A stretch of 62,625 nt of DNA, the filler included. It is 4 parts of 4 records of this genome, joined end to end, with 100 filler letters (N's around TTAATTAATTAA, not from the genome) between each part and the next. Parts side by side here need not be neighbours in the genome. Positions count along the whole stretch, not along the records: positions 1 to 31,924 come from SRR31156797_8400; 3 more parts are not named here. The stretch is one strand, 5' to 3'. The notes under the pieces are model-generated. The model saw nothing but the letters and a program-made list of their open reading frames with translations, ran no database searches and was not told where the DNA came from. Positions 9,737 to 19,583 of this stretch are shown here, one piece after another (within the stretch, counting starts at the first letter, position 1; each line of letters opens with the position of its first letter). The position numbers and the translations under genes were made by a program.

Positions 9737-10873
9737 TTAGCAAGTTTCATCTATCGCATATCCATATTGATTAAATAGAAATTTCATTTTTTTGTTTATC
9801 CGAGCCATATTTCTTCTATCCTGATTATGCTTATTTGTTTTGTATGTTTTTTGTGAATCAATATAGTCAAACATTGTATCTTTTGCGTCCTCATATCCTG
9901 GAATACTCAGTTGGCTATAAATTTCTTCAATGTATTCTTTTGGCTTTAGTACAAAATCTTCATATTTAATTTCAATTAAATTAGCTTCTGGTATGTTTTT
10001 CTTTGTTTCAAGATAATTCACGTATAATTTTTCATAAATATCAAGCACAACATCTTCTGCAGTTTCCGTCATCTCATCTGAGATTTCTTCAAAAGAAAAA
10101 ATAGGGAAAAGTGACTTATACATAACCATTGTAGATGGGAATACTTTATAAGGATTTCTATAAATGTGAATAAACTTTGCATCAGGATATAAATCAAGCA
10201 ACATATTTATTCTGCATGTATTATCAGGGCTTTTTAATATTAATTGTTTTCCCTGAGTGTAATAAGTAAGCTTTTTTATAATTTTTTCATATGAATTTCT
10301 AATCTTTCGTTTCTGCCTTTCGCTTAATTCATCATAAAAGGCACATTTTGCGTAGAATCTGGCATTCTTAGGAAAACTAAGCATATGAATAACTGAATAC
10401 TGAGTGTAATTACCAAGTGCAAATACTTCTTCAGCAGGTTCGTTAAGTCCCATTTTCAGGTTATCCATTGGACGTTTTTTAGGCAATACTTTTGGATACA
10501 CTTTTTGCAGTAATTTTCCTAGAGTAAGGAAAGTGGAATGTGTGTAAGTTTTTTCAGCTGTAAAGTATCCTTTTGTAACATCCTTTGACATAATGTTTGT
10601 AAGATATGTTGTACCGCTTCGCCAGTGACCAACAACAAAAATCGGAGGTTTCTCAATCTTTGTGTTTGCGATTTTCTTGGCATGCTTTAGATTTTCAATC
10701 CACACGAATGGTATGAAAAGAAAGCTGATAAGCATTACATAAATCATCATAGGAATCTTATTAAATGATATATCTTTCTTATTATTCCAAATTAATTTTA
10801 TCAGTGTAATAAAATCACAACCTAAAAGATAGTGCATCTGAGCATTTTTCATAGTACTATTAGTTGTTGTCAT
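9737..10873 (-). CDS. PAPS-dependent sulfotransferase family protein
   Basis: PIFVVGHWRSGTT (5'-PSB), LKSP, HIYRNP...S (3'-PB), IKYEDF. Confidence 0.88.
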   Translation of the reverse strand: MTTTNSTMKNAQMHYLLGCDFITLIKLIWNNKKDISFNKIPMMIYVMLISFLFIPFVWIENLKHAKKIANTKIEKPPIFVVGHWRSGTTYLTNIMSKDVTKGYFTAEKTYTHSTFLTLGKLLQKVYPKVLPKKRPMDNLKMGLNEPAEEVFALGNYTQYSVIHMLSFPKNARFYAKCAFYDELSERQKRKIRNSYEKIIKKLTYYTQGKQLILKSPDNTCRINMLLDLYPDAKFIHIYRNPYKVFPSTMVMYKSLFPIFSFEEISDEMTETAEDVVLDIYEKLYVNYLETKKNIPEANLIEIKYEDFVLKPKEYIEEIYSQLSIPGYEDAKDTMFDYIDSQKTYKTNKHNQDRRNMARINKKMKFLFNQYGYAIDETC

Positions 10874-11293
10874 ATATTATCCTCTTTATACGTAGTAATA
10901 AGTCACATAGACCATATTGATTATATCATGAACACTAGCTTTTTATATAACTCAAAAAAAAATTTACATCTGATTTACTTTATTAAAGCTATATATAGTT
11001 TTTAATATAAAATTAATTGCAAATAATTATTATGGTTAATATTAGAAAGAAAATATTTATACAAGTGTAATTTTCCATAAAATTAGTAATAGTGTTCAAT
11101 TACAATATGTGGTAAAATGCTACACAAGATAAAATATTGGATAAAGTGGTTTCTTTAAATAAGAATTTTGCTTAAAAAACGAAAGTTTGGAATACATGGT
11201 ATTTGGTATAGGAATTGATTGAAAGAAATTAAATCCTGAAAATCAATAAATTATATAAGGTAAAAAATCTATTTTGAAACTTTGGAGGTAATA

Positions 11294-12064
11294 ATGAAAG
11301 ATTGGAATCCAGATTTATACTTAAAATTTGAGAAACAAAGAAGTCAGCCAGCAAAAGATTTAATTAACTCAATTAATAAACAAGACATTCATACAATACT
11401 TGATATAGGGTGCGGACCAGGCAATAGTACAGAATTACTCAGCAATAAGTGGCAAAATTCAAAAATTATTGGTATTGATTCGTCACAAAATATGATTGAT
11501 AAGGCAAAAAAGCGTGTTGAGAATGCTGAATTCTTTATTATGGATGCTAATCAAGATTTGAGCAGCTTAGGCAGCTTTGATGTTATTTTTTCAAATGCTG
11601 CATTACAGTGGATGCCAAATCATACAGAGCTACTGACAAAATTATATACGATGTTAAATAATAAGGGGGTAATAGCTGTTCAAATCCCAAATGTTACTGA
11701 TATGCTAATAACGAAAGCAATTGATGATACTATTACTTCGGATAAATGGCAGAATAGTTTTACAACCTTTTCAAAATTTAATCTTAATGATATGGGTTTC
11801 TACTATAATATCAGCTCCTCTCTAAGCAGTGAATTCTACTTATGGACAACCCATTATTATCATGTGTTAAATAGTCATATGGATATTTTGAATTGGTATA
11901 AGTCCACCGGACTAAAGCCATATCTAGATCAGCTGGATGATGTAATGAAAAGTGATTTTGAGGATGATATGCTAATAGCAATCAAAGAATACTATTGTTT
12001 ACAAAAAGATGGGAAAGTTTTGTTCCCATTTATAAGACAATTCTTTACTATTTATAAAAACTAA
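11294..12064 (+). CDS. tam: Trans-aconitate 2-methyltransferase-like SAM methyltransferase
   Basis: WNPDLYLKF..QR, LDIGCGPGNST, FSNAALQW, STGLKPYL, LFPF. Confidence 0.82.
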   Translation: MKDWNPDLYLKFEKQRSQPAKDLINSINKQDIHTILDIGCGPGNSTELLSNKWQNSKIIGIDSSQNMIDKAKKRVENAEFFIMDANQDLSSLGSFDVIFSNAALQWMPNHTELLTKLYTMLNNKGVIAVQIPNVTDMLITKAIDDTITSDKWQNSFTTFSKFNLNDMGFYYNISSSLSSEFYLWTTHYYHVLNSHMDILNWYKSTGLKPYLDQLDDVMKSDFEDDMLIAIKEYYCLQKDGKVLFPFIRQFFTIYKN

Positions 12065-12211
12065 TTTAGTAGTTTACTTTGAATTCTTTTGCTTAATAAA
12101 ACCTGTTGCTGTATTTGCTTTGTAACAGGTTGTTTATATTAGTCATTTTTCAACAATAGCTCAATATATACTTTATTCTAATTATTATGTGCTTGAATTA
12201 TCATTTGTAAT

Positions 12212-12367
12212 TCAGAAATTGAACCTATGGTGATGTTCCATATGACCTCTGTTATGATGCATACAATGGTGCATTCTATGATGATGCATATGTGGATGAT
12301 GTCTATGCATCATAAATGGCAGTAGCGGAAAGAATGGTATTATTGGAAATCTAAAAAAACGTCTCAT
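12212..12367 (-). CDS. 51-aa His/Met-rich micropeptide
   Basis: AAGGAG RBS before ATG at 12367; MRRFFRFPIIPFFPLLPFMM followed by a tail with 15 His. Confidence 0.6.
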   Translation of the reverse strand: MRRFFRFPIIPFFPLLPFMMHRHHPHMHHHRMHHCMHHNRGHMEHHHRFNF

Positions 12368-12526
12368 AAACTTTCTCCTTTGATTTAATATTTGCATTTT
12401 AATAACTTTGTGTCACAGCTATATTACACACATAAATCTTTTAAGTATCATTTATTCGGCACTGTAAAACTGCTGTAACATAACTTATGTATAATGTGAA
12501 AAATAACAGTTAATAGGAATACATTT

Positions 12527-13201
12527 ATGAAAGATAAGAAGATATTAGTTGCAGATGATGAAAAGAGAATGCGAATCTTAATATCTGACTTCCTAAAAGA
12601 TACGGGATATCAGATTGTTGAAGCTGCAAACGGAGAAGAAGCTATTGATGTATTTATGGCTCACAAGGATATTTCACTGGTTATTCTTGATGTTATGATG
12701 CCATTTCTAAATGGCTGGGAAGTGTGCGAAGAAATTCGCAAAATCAGCGATATACCTATTATAATGCTAACAGCTAAAGTTGCAGAAAAAGATGAACTTC
12801 ATGGGTTTAATAAAGGAGCAGATGAATATATCAAGAAGCCATTCAGTCCGTCTATTTTGGTTGCAAGAGTAAATGCATTGCTGAAAAGAACATACAATGA
12901 TACTCTTTTGATTGAAAAGGGAATTCTGCTGATTGATACTGATAAACATATTGTTAAATGCAGGGATGAAAAAATTAATCTTAGTCTAACTGAGTATAAG
13001 CTTCTAATGTGTCTATTGAATAATGAAGAATTAGTAATGCAGAGGGATAAACTGCTAAATAATGTGTGGGGTTATGATTATGATGGCACTGATAGAACTG
13101 TGGATACTCATATAAATAGACTGAGGGATAAACTAGGTTCTGCAGGTTCATACATTCAAACTATTCGTGGTTATGGCTATAAATTTGAGGTAAGCGAATG
13201 A
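12527..13201 (+). CDS. OmpR/PhoB family response regulator
   Basis: VADDE, ILDVMMP, KPFS, RTVDTHINRLR, TIRGYGY. Confidence 0.95.
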   Translation: MKDKKILVADDEKRMRILISDFLKDTGYQIVEAANGEEAIDVFMAHKDISLVILDVMMPFLNGWEVCEEIRKISDIPIIMLTAKVAEKDELHGFNKGADEYIKKPFSPSILVARVNALLKRTYNDTLLIEKGILLIDTDKHIVKCRDEKINLSLTEYKLLMCLLNNEELVMQRDKLLNNVWGYDYDGTDRTVDTHINRLRDKLGSAGSYIQTIRGYGYKFEVSE

Positions 13202-14691
13202 ATTCAATAAGAAAAAAATTATTTTTTTATATAGGCGGTCTTATTTTTTTGCTGGTTGGACTTACTATATTAGCAAATTCTATATTTATGGAACCTTACT
13301 CAGTTCAAAAACAAAAAGATGTACTCTTGCAAGCCTTTAATATAATAAACAGCTATGAAGAGATAGAATATACTGAAAATATTCGTGGATTATTACTTAT
13401 AGAAAATAATAATAGAATTGATATATTAATTAAAGACTCCGATGATAAGATCATTTATAACACAGAAGGATATTCTGAAAATCAACAGGCTGCTTTATCA
13501 GCACAGAGTCAGAATAAGCAGGGTGATAGTCAGAACTCATCAGCAACGCAACTGCCTGAAAGACGCATTTATAATAAAGAAATAATTGATGATAATATTA
13601 TTATTTCATGGATTAACAATCCTCATTTAAATTCGGTGAATTTAGTTCTGTCTGGTAATCTGGAAAATGGAAATAGTATAGAACTAAAAATGCCGCTGGC
13701 AGCTATTAAGGCTAATATAAGACTATACAATAGATTTGCACTGATAATAGGCTTAGTCGTTTTTGTAATATCTATGGTTTTTGCGTTTATTGTATCTAAT
13801 CATTTTACTAAACCAATTATCCAAATAAACACTGCAACAGAAAAATTGAAAAATTTAGATTTTGAGACCAAATGCATAGTTAAATCAAAAGATGAGATTG
13901 GGCAGTTAGCTCAAAGCATTAATGAAATGTCACAAACACTGGCAGAGAATAGTAAAGCATTGCTCAATAAGAATGCACAGCTGAAAGTTGAAATTAAAGA
14001 AAAAATCCGTCTTGATGAAAAGCGTAAAGAGTTGCTGAATAACGTTTCTCATGAATTAAAAACACCTCTTGCGCTAATGCAGGGATATGCAGAGGGTCTA
14101 ATTCTCAATGTGTCAAAGAATAAGGAGCAATCTGAATTCTATTGCAATGTAATTATGGATGAAGCTAATAAAATGAACCAGCTTGTAGATAACCTTCTTA
14201 ATTTAAACAGTCTTGAATTCGGTGATACAAGTATCAAAAGAAGCAAATTTGAAATAAATACGTTTATAGAGAATATTCTAATGAAATATAATAAGGTTTT
14301 TGAAGATAAGAATATAGATTGCAGTATATGTAAGTCAACACCAACAAATGTATATGCTGATGAATTTATGATGGAAAGTGTATTTACTAACTACTTGAAC
14401 AACGCTGTTAACTACGTAGATGAAAATAGAAAAATAACGATATGCATAATTGACAATTCTGAAAAAATCAGAGTGGATGTTTTTAATACAGCTGAAGCCT
14501 TTAGTAATGATGACATTGATAGGATTTGGGGTAGTTTCTACAAAGTTGATAAGGCTAGGACAAGGGAAAAAGGCGGACATGGATTGGGATTATCCATAGT
14601 AAAGGCTATTCAGGAGTCGCATGGAAATAAATATGGAGTTATAAACAAGGATAAAGGTGTTTGCTTTTATTTTGAATTGGACAAAGTATAA
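13198..14691 (+). CDS. Sensor histidine kinase (2 TM, HAMP, HisKA, HATPase)
   Basis: DEIGQLA HAMP, SHELKTPL, NYLNNA, GHGLGLSIV; ATGA overlap with the regulator. Confidence 0.95.
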   Translation: MNSIRKKLFFYIGGLIFLLVGLTILANSIFMEPYSVQKQKDVLLQAFNIINSYEEIEYTENIRGLLLIENNNRIDILIKDSDDKIIYNTEGYSENQQAALSAQSQNKQGDSQNSSATQLPERRIYNKEIIDDNIIISWINNPHLNSVNLVLSGNLENGNSIELKMPLAAIKANIRLYNRFALIIGLVVFVISMVFAFIVSNHFTKPIIQINTATEKLKNLDFETKCIVKSKDEIGQLAQSINEMSQTLAENSKALLNKNAQLKVEIKEKIRLDEKRKELLNNVSHELKTPLALMQGYAEGLILNVSKNKEQSEFYCNVIMDEANKMNQLVDNLLNLNSLEFGDTSIKRSKFEINTFIENILMKYNKVFEDKNIDCSICKSTPTNVYADEFMMESVFTNYLNNAVNYVDENRKITICIIDNSEKIRVDVFNTAEAFSNDDIDRIWGSFYKVDKARTREKGGHGLGLSIVKAIQESHGNKYGVINKDKGVCFYFELDKV

Positions 14692-14840
14692 TGGTGAATG
14701 TGATATATATTTTATAAGGATAGTGAAGTAGAATGTGCTTTTGTTACGTACAATTTAATTTAAATTGTTTATTATAATAAAACTATAAAAAATAACTAAA
14801 AAAATGTATTTAAGCATTATTTTCGTACAAGGAGTAATAG

Positions 14841-15404
14841 ATGCAAGCAAACAAAAGAACATTTACTGTAAAACAGTTTTATAACATAACTATAGATGCA
14901 TTATCAGATATGAAAATAATGATGAATGCTGAGAAGAGCGGCCTGATATCAGGAAAATTAAAAGAGCAAATAATGCTTGCAGTTACTGAAGTCAATGGCT
15001 GTGCTCTGTGTTTATATTATCATACAAGGGCAGCTCTGGAGAAAGGCATTTCTGAAAAAGATATTCATCAGATGTTATCTGGAAATATCAATTACCTTGA
15101 TGAAGATGAGGTCATTGCTGTTGTTTTCGCACAGCATTATGCAGAAACTATGGGTAACTATACTGAAAAATCATACAATAGGGTAGTAGAAACCTATGGT
15201 GTAGATAAATCAAAAGCTATTCTTGCTGTTATAAAAGGAATAATGCTAGGTAATGCTTATGGTATAGCTTATGGATCATTAGGTCAAAGGCTAAAGGGAA
15301 AGCCAGTTAAAAGCAGTAAATTTATTGATGAAATCGGTATTCTATTTTCAGTTTTAGTATTTATTCCTATTGGTTTAGTAAAAAATCTATTAACAAAATC
15401 CTAG
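14841..15404 (+). CDS. Carboxymuconolactone decarboxylase/AhpD-like protein
   Basis: EQIMLAVTEVNGCALCLYYH (E-x-CxxC-x-H) motif. Confidence 0.85.
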   Translation: MQANKRTFTVKQFYNITIDALSDMKIMMNAEKSGLISGKLKEQIMLAVTEVNGCALCLYYHTRAALEKGISEKDIHQMLSGNINYLDEDEVIAVVFAQHYAETMGNYTEKSYNRVVETYGVDKSKAILAVIKGIMLGNAYGIAYGSLGQRLKGKPVKSSKFIDEIGILFSVLVFIPIGLVKNLLTKS

Positions 15405-15493
15405 ACGCTTATTATTCACAATATTCCCCATGAATTTTATCTGATTAACCTGACAAAATAATTGTATATTAAATAATTAGTCAGGAGTACATT

Positions 15494-15742
15494 ATGACAA
15501 AGAGACCATTAGTTCCAAAATCAAAAAGTGAATTGGATAAAATGAAAATGGAAGTAGCAAATGAACTAGGGCTGCAGCCGGAATCAAAAAATAATAAACC
15601 TTACCTAGAGAATTTGACTAGCAAGGAAGCAGGCAAAATGGCTGGCTTTAAGAGCGTAGGAAATGTAGGCGGAGAAATGGTGCGCAGAATGATAGAACAA
15701 TCAGAAAAGGAACTGCTGGAACAGGAGAAGAATAAAACATAA
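15494..15742 (+). CDS. Alpha/beta-type small acid-soluble spore protein (SASP)
   Basis: PLVP..LDKMKMEVANELG...LTSKEAG...GNVGGEMVRRMI. Confidence 0.85.
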   Translation: MTKRPLVPKSKSELDKMKMEVANELGLQPESKNNKPYLENLTSKEAGKMAGFKSVGNVGGEMVRRMIEQSEKELLEQEKNKT

Positions 15743-15749
15743 TTTGATA

Positions 15750-16349
15750 TTACGCAGTTCTATGCTCCATATCAAGCATGGCTGATTGTATTATTTCATC
15801 GGCATTGCTTTCTAGGTTGAGCCATTCACTTTGCGATTTTTTGGGCAGTATTACTGGCATTCGTGAGTGGATAAACGAAATGTCAGGTGATGTATCCCGA
15901 GTAAGTATACAAAACACAGGAAATCCGTATTCTATTCGATACAGTCCAGCCATTAGCATAGCTTTTTTATCTTTTGGATAAATAGCATATTTTATTTTTC
16001 CTGAATTATGCTTTTCCCATTCATAATAGTAATTAGCTGGTATGAGGCATCTTCTCTTTGCCATACCATCCTTAAACATATATTTTTGTGATGCAGTTTC
16101 GCTTCTGGCATTTATTATTAACTTACCATTTGAAAGACTATAACCAAATTTCATAGCAAAGGCATGCAATTGCATATGCTTATTATTTGCTATAACTGGA
16201 ACTATATCCGACGGGAAAATTTCGCCTCTCATTTTTACATTTTTCTCATAATTAGGTGTATTGGTTTTTCTTTCCAATTCTTCTAGTATTCTGATATATT
16301 CTAGTATTTCTTCTTCATTGAAATCAGCTAAATAGTATCTGCCGCACAT
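15750..16349 (-). CDS. SOS response-associated peptidase (SRAP/YedK/HMCES family)
   Basis: N-terminal MCGRY, INARSET, RRCLIPA..YYEW, IHSRMPVIL. Confidence 0.93.
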   Translation of the reverse strand: MCGRYYLADFNEEEILEYIRILEELERKTNTPNYEKNVKMRGEIFPSDIVPVIANNKHMQLHAFAMKFGYSLSNGKLIINARSETASQKYMFKDGMAKRRCLIPANYYYEWEKHNSGKIKYAIYPKDKKAMLMAGLYRIEYGFPVFCILTRDTSPDISFIHSRMPVILPKKSQSEWLNLESNADEIIQSAMLDMEHRTA

Positions 16350-16417
16350 TTTCTATCTCCTTAAATATATTAGTAAATTTATTATACAATGTTTTTACGT
16401 TATTTTTAGATTTATTA

Positions 16418-17719
16418 TTACTTTTGAGGCATCCCGCCATTTGGACGCCAGGAACCAGTTCCCCATGTACCGCCTATCATAGGATCAATCTTTGCTTTGT
16501 ATAGTTTTCCTCTGGTCAATATGTCATTCCCATACTTCTTGCGTATACTATCCACGGCGAAATCTATTTTTTGATTTTTAACTTGTTTTTCTATAGGTGA
16601 GAAAACACTGCCTTGAATATTATTAGTCTCTGCCAAATCTGTTGCTCGAATACCCAGCTGACGTATACGCTTTTCACCGTCCCATAAGCCGTCAAACAAT
16701 TGGCATGCACGAATATAGATTTCCGAAGTAATATTTGTATACGAACCGAATTTGTGCTGTTTACCAATTCTTTCGAATTCATTGGTTGTAAATCCAACAT
16801 ATATATTTTTTGAACTGAATCCATTACTGCGTAGTCTATAGCCAACAGTTTCGCTGATGGAAAGAAGTGCCTGATGAGCAATGTCCAGATCTGTGACATC
16901 TACCGGCATAGTACCAGAGTTGCCGATTCCCTTTATCTTGTGTTTATCGCTGTGAGTCATCATGCCTTGGAAAAATGCTGAGCCGCCTGTGCCGTTCTCT
17001 TCGTATATTCCATTGGCGAAACGCCATAGCAGTGAGCCGAAGGAATTGAAATATTTCACCATCTGATATTCAGGCATTTTCGCCAAATCGCCGATAGTTG
17101 ATATACCTTTTCTCTTTAGATGAAGGCTCATTTTTCGTCCCACCATATACAAATCACCTATTGGTAATGGCCACATTTTTTTCTCTATTTCACCTGGCCA
17201 TAGAGTATGAACTCTGTTTGGCTTTTGGAATTCACTTGCTATCTTTGCCAGTAATTTATTGGTGGATATTCCGATATTGACCGTAAAGCCTAATTTGTCC
17301 TGTATTTCATCTTTTATTCTATAGGCACAATCTGCAGGGTCTCCAAGGAGCTTCTTCATCCCGGTATAATCAACGAAGGCTTCATCAATGGAAAATTTTT
17401 CGACAGTAGGGGAGTAGTTGCCCAGCAGTCCCATAAATGATTTTGATGCAGTTGAATAAATTTCATAATCCGGTGGAATAATTTTCACTATATTACCTGC
17501 CTTTTGGCGAACTTCCATCAGGCTTTCTCCAGTTTTAATGCCGAATTTTTTTGCTGGTATTGATTTTGCCAGCACAATACCATGCCGTGTTTTTTCATTA
17601 CCGCCAATAACAGATGGAATAGTTCTCAAATCCAATTTATTCCCCAATTGCAGACGATGAACAGCCGTCCATGACAAAAAGGCACTATTAACGTCTATAT
17701 GAAAAAAAACAGTTTTCAT
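16418..17719 (-). CDS. dinB: Y-family DNA polymerase (DinB/UmuC-like)
   Basis: HIDVNSAF, SIPAKKFGIKTG, SIDEAF, NKLLAKIAS, little-finger RQLGI. Confidence 0.88.
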   Translation of the reverse strand: MKTVFFHIDVNSAFLSWTAVHRLQLGNKLDLRTIPSVIGGNEKTRHGIVLAKSIPAKKFGIKTGESLMEVRQKAGNIVKIIPPDYEIYSTASKSFMGLLGNYSPTVEKFSIDEAFVDYTGMKKLLGDPADCAYRIKDEIQDKLGFTVNIGISTNKLLAKIASEFQKPNRVHTLWPGEIEKKMWPLPIGDLYMVGRKMSLHLKRKGISTIGDLAKMPEYQMVKYFNSFGSLLWRFANGIYEENGTGGSAFFQGMMTHSDKHKIKGIGNSGTMPVDVTDLDIAHQALLSISETVGYRLRSNGFSSKNIYVGFTTNEFERIGKQHKFGSYTNITSEIYIRACQLFDGLWDGEKRIRQLGIRATDLAETNNIQGSVFSPIEKQVKNQKIDFAVDSIRKKYGNDILTRGKLYKAKIDPMIGGTWGTGSWRPNGGMPQK

Positions 17720-17763
17720 ACCTCTTATACTCCTTCAATACACAAACATACAATCTTACATTT

Positions 17764-17792
17764 ATTATATACGAACATATGTGCTGTGTCAA
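17764..17792 (-). promoter_or_regulatory. Sigma-A promoter with a Firmicute LexA box in the spacer
   Basis: Minus strand TTGACA (17792-17787)-17 nt-TATAAT (17769-17764); GAAC-ATAT-GTGC at 17773-17784 is one mismatch from GAAC-N4-GTTC. Confidence 0.8.
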
Positions 17793-17979
17793 TGGAAAGA
17801 TATTCTCAATAAATGCATTGCAAATCTTGGTTATAATTGTTAAAATACTATGTAATGATAGGTATTTTATTTAACATTTAGCATTTATGAGATTAAGTGA
17901 AATAATAGCAATTATAATGCGCATTTAATGAACAAACAAATAGTGAAGATATATATATTAACTAAGCATTTGGAGATAA

Positions 17980-18696
17980 ATGGTGAAAAAAATAAACATT
18001 GACAACGTTATAAGCGAAAAGGTGCTAAAAAACACCAGAATTGTCTTTGCAGTAATTATTTTGTACTATGTGGTAATGAGAATAATATTTCCATGTAACG
18101 ATAAAGTGCATCCTCTACTGTATTTTACAATACAAAGTAATATCTTTTGTGCTGTATTTTGGTTATTATCGTCTTTTATTAAAAAAGATAGGGTTAGATC
18201 AATACTATCCTTGGCAGTAACTACTTATATGATAATAACAGGAGTAGTATTTATTGTTTTTCTTGATATTGGTTTTACTAATAAAATATATGAAAGACTT
18301 GAAAGCAATATTATTGATGAATACGTTCATTATTATAGTATGATTTGTTCAATTATTACTCACTATTTGATGCCTACACTTGCTTTCATTGACTTTATAT
18401 TATTTACTGATAAATCAATGATTAAAAAGGAACATTTGTTTCTGGTTTTAATTTATCCACTTAGTTACTCGATTTTTCATATTTTGTATTCTATTCTGAC
18501 AGGAATATTTATTTATCCATTTATGGATCCAGGATATTTAGGTCATTGGGTTCTAACTGTACTTGTGGTTATTGTGATAGCAGCAATTATTATTGTTTCC
18601 AGCAGAATATTGATTAGAATAAATAGACGAATTAGAAAAAGAATTAACAATTACTATACGACAGAAAAAGAATTATTATGGAAAAGAAAAATATGA
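17980..18696 (+). CDS. Pr6Pr/FAR-17a-AIG1-like integral membrane protein
   Basis: About 6 TM helices with YFTIQSN, a conserved His (THYLMP) and YPFMD. Confidence 0.7.
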   Translation: MVKKINIDNVISEKVLKNTRIVFAVIILYYVVMRIIFPCNDKVHPLLYFTIQSNIFCAVFWLLSSFIKKDRVRSILSLAVTTYMIITGVVFIVFLDIGFTNKIYERLESNIIDEYVHYYSMICSIITHYLMPTLAFIDFILFTDKSMIKKEHLFLVLIYPLSYSIFHILYSILTGIFIYPFMDPGYLGHWVLTVLVVIVIAAIIIVSSRILIRINRRIRKRINNYYTTEKELLWKRKI

Positions 18697-19583
18697 AAAA
18701 ACGAATTGTTATTATTTCAACCACAATACTATCAATATTTATAATTGGTACAATCATTTTTATGATGCTTAATATTAACCAAGATTTATCTATATTTAAC
18801 TCATACAGTCCTCAACAAGTGGAAGAATCATTAAATGAAAACAATAGTTTTGAAATAGTTAAACTAAATGACAATAATATAAATTATCTTAGTAAGACAT
18901 ATTTTGATGAAAACGCTTCAGTAAATGACAGTATGCATCTCAATCTTACATCTAGCCTAAAAACAATTAGCAGATTCAAAACTGAGTTGCCGTACATATG
19001 TCTTACATTTGATGACTGTCCTTTAGGTGATATGGATGGTATTTTTGATGCTCTGGAAAAATATGATATGCGAGCAACTTTCTTTGTTAATGGCACATGT
19101 ATATCCGGAAATCCGGGATATTTGGTAAAGATGATAGATAAAGGGCATACGATTGGTAATCATACTTATAACCATTTTGACCTTGCAACATTGCAGCCTG
19201 ATGAATATGAGTGGGAGATAAATAGGGTGGATGAGATGGTATATGAAAAAACAGGTATTCATACTACAGTTATGCGTCCTCCTTTTGGTAGCAGGAAATG
19301 GAACTTTATTCTGACAAAGTATACCGAAGTAATGTGGGATTTAGCTTCAGAAGATTCTTTTGTCAATGATGATAAAGCTTATGAGAATGCAATACAGGGC
19401 AGTAAAGGTTCTATTATTCTATTTCATACAGCCAGTATACAGGCAGAAACTATAGAGAAAGTCTGCAAATACTATTACGACAATCAGCTTACTTCCATAC
19501 CAGTTGAGGAAATGATGGCATTGAACTATGCAGAAAAATATGGAATTGATAAGTTGAATGAAATGGAGTACTACATCAAATGA
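18678..19583 (+). CDS. Polysaccharide deacetylase (CE4/NodB), membrane-anchored
   Basis: LTFDDCP, GNHTYNH, RPPFG, IILFH motifs. Confidence 0.9.
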   Translation: MEKKNMKKRIVIISTTILSIFIIGTIIFMMLNINQDLSIFNSYSPQQVEESLNENNSFEIVKLNDNNINYLSKTYFDENASVNDSMHLNLTSSLKTISRFKTELPYICLTFDDCPLGDMDGIFDALEKYDMRATFFVNGTCISGNPGYLVKMIDKGHTIGNHTYNHFDLATLQPDEYEWEINRVDEMVYEKTGIHTTVMRPPFGSRKWNFILTKYTEVMWDLASEDSFVNDDKAYENAIQGSKGSIILFHTASIQAETIEKVCKYYYDNQLTSIPVEEMMALNYAEKYGIDKLNEMEYYIK

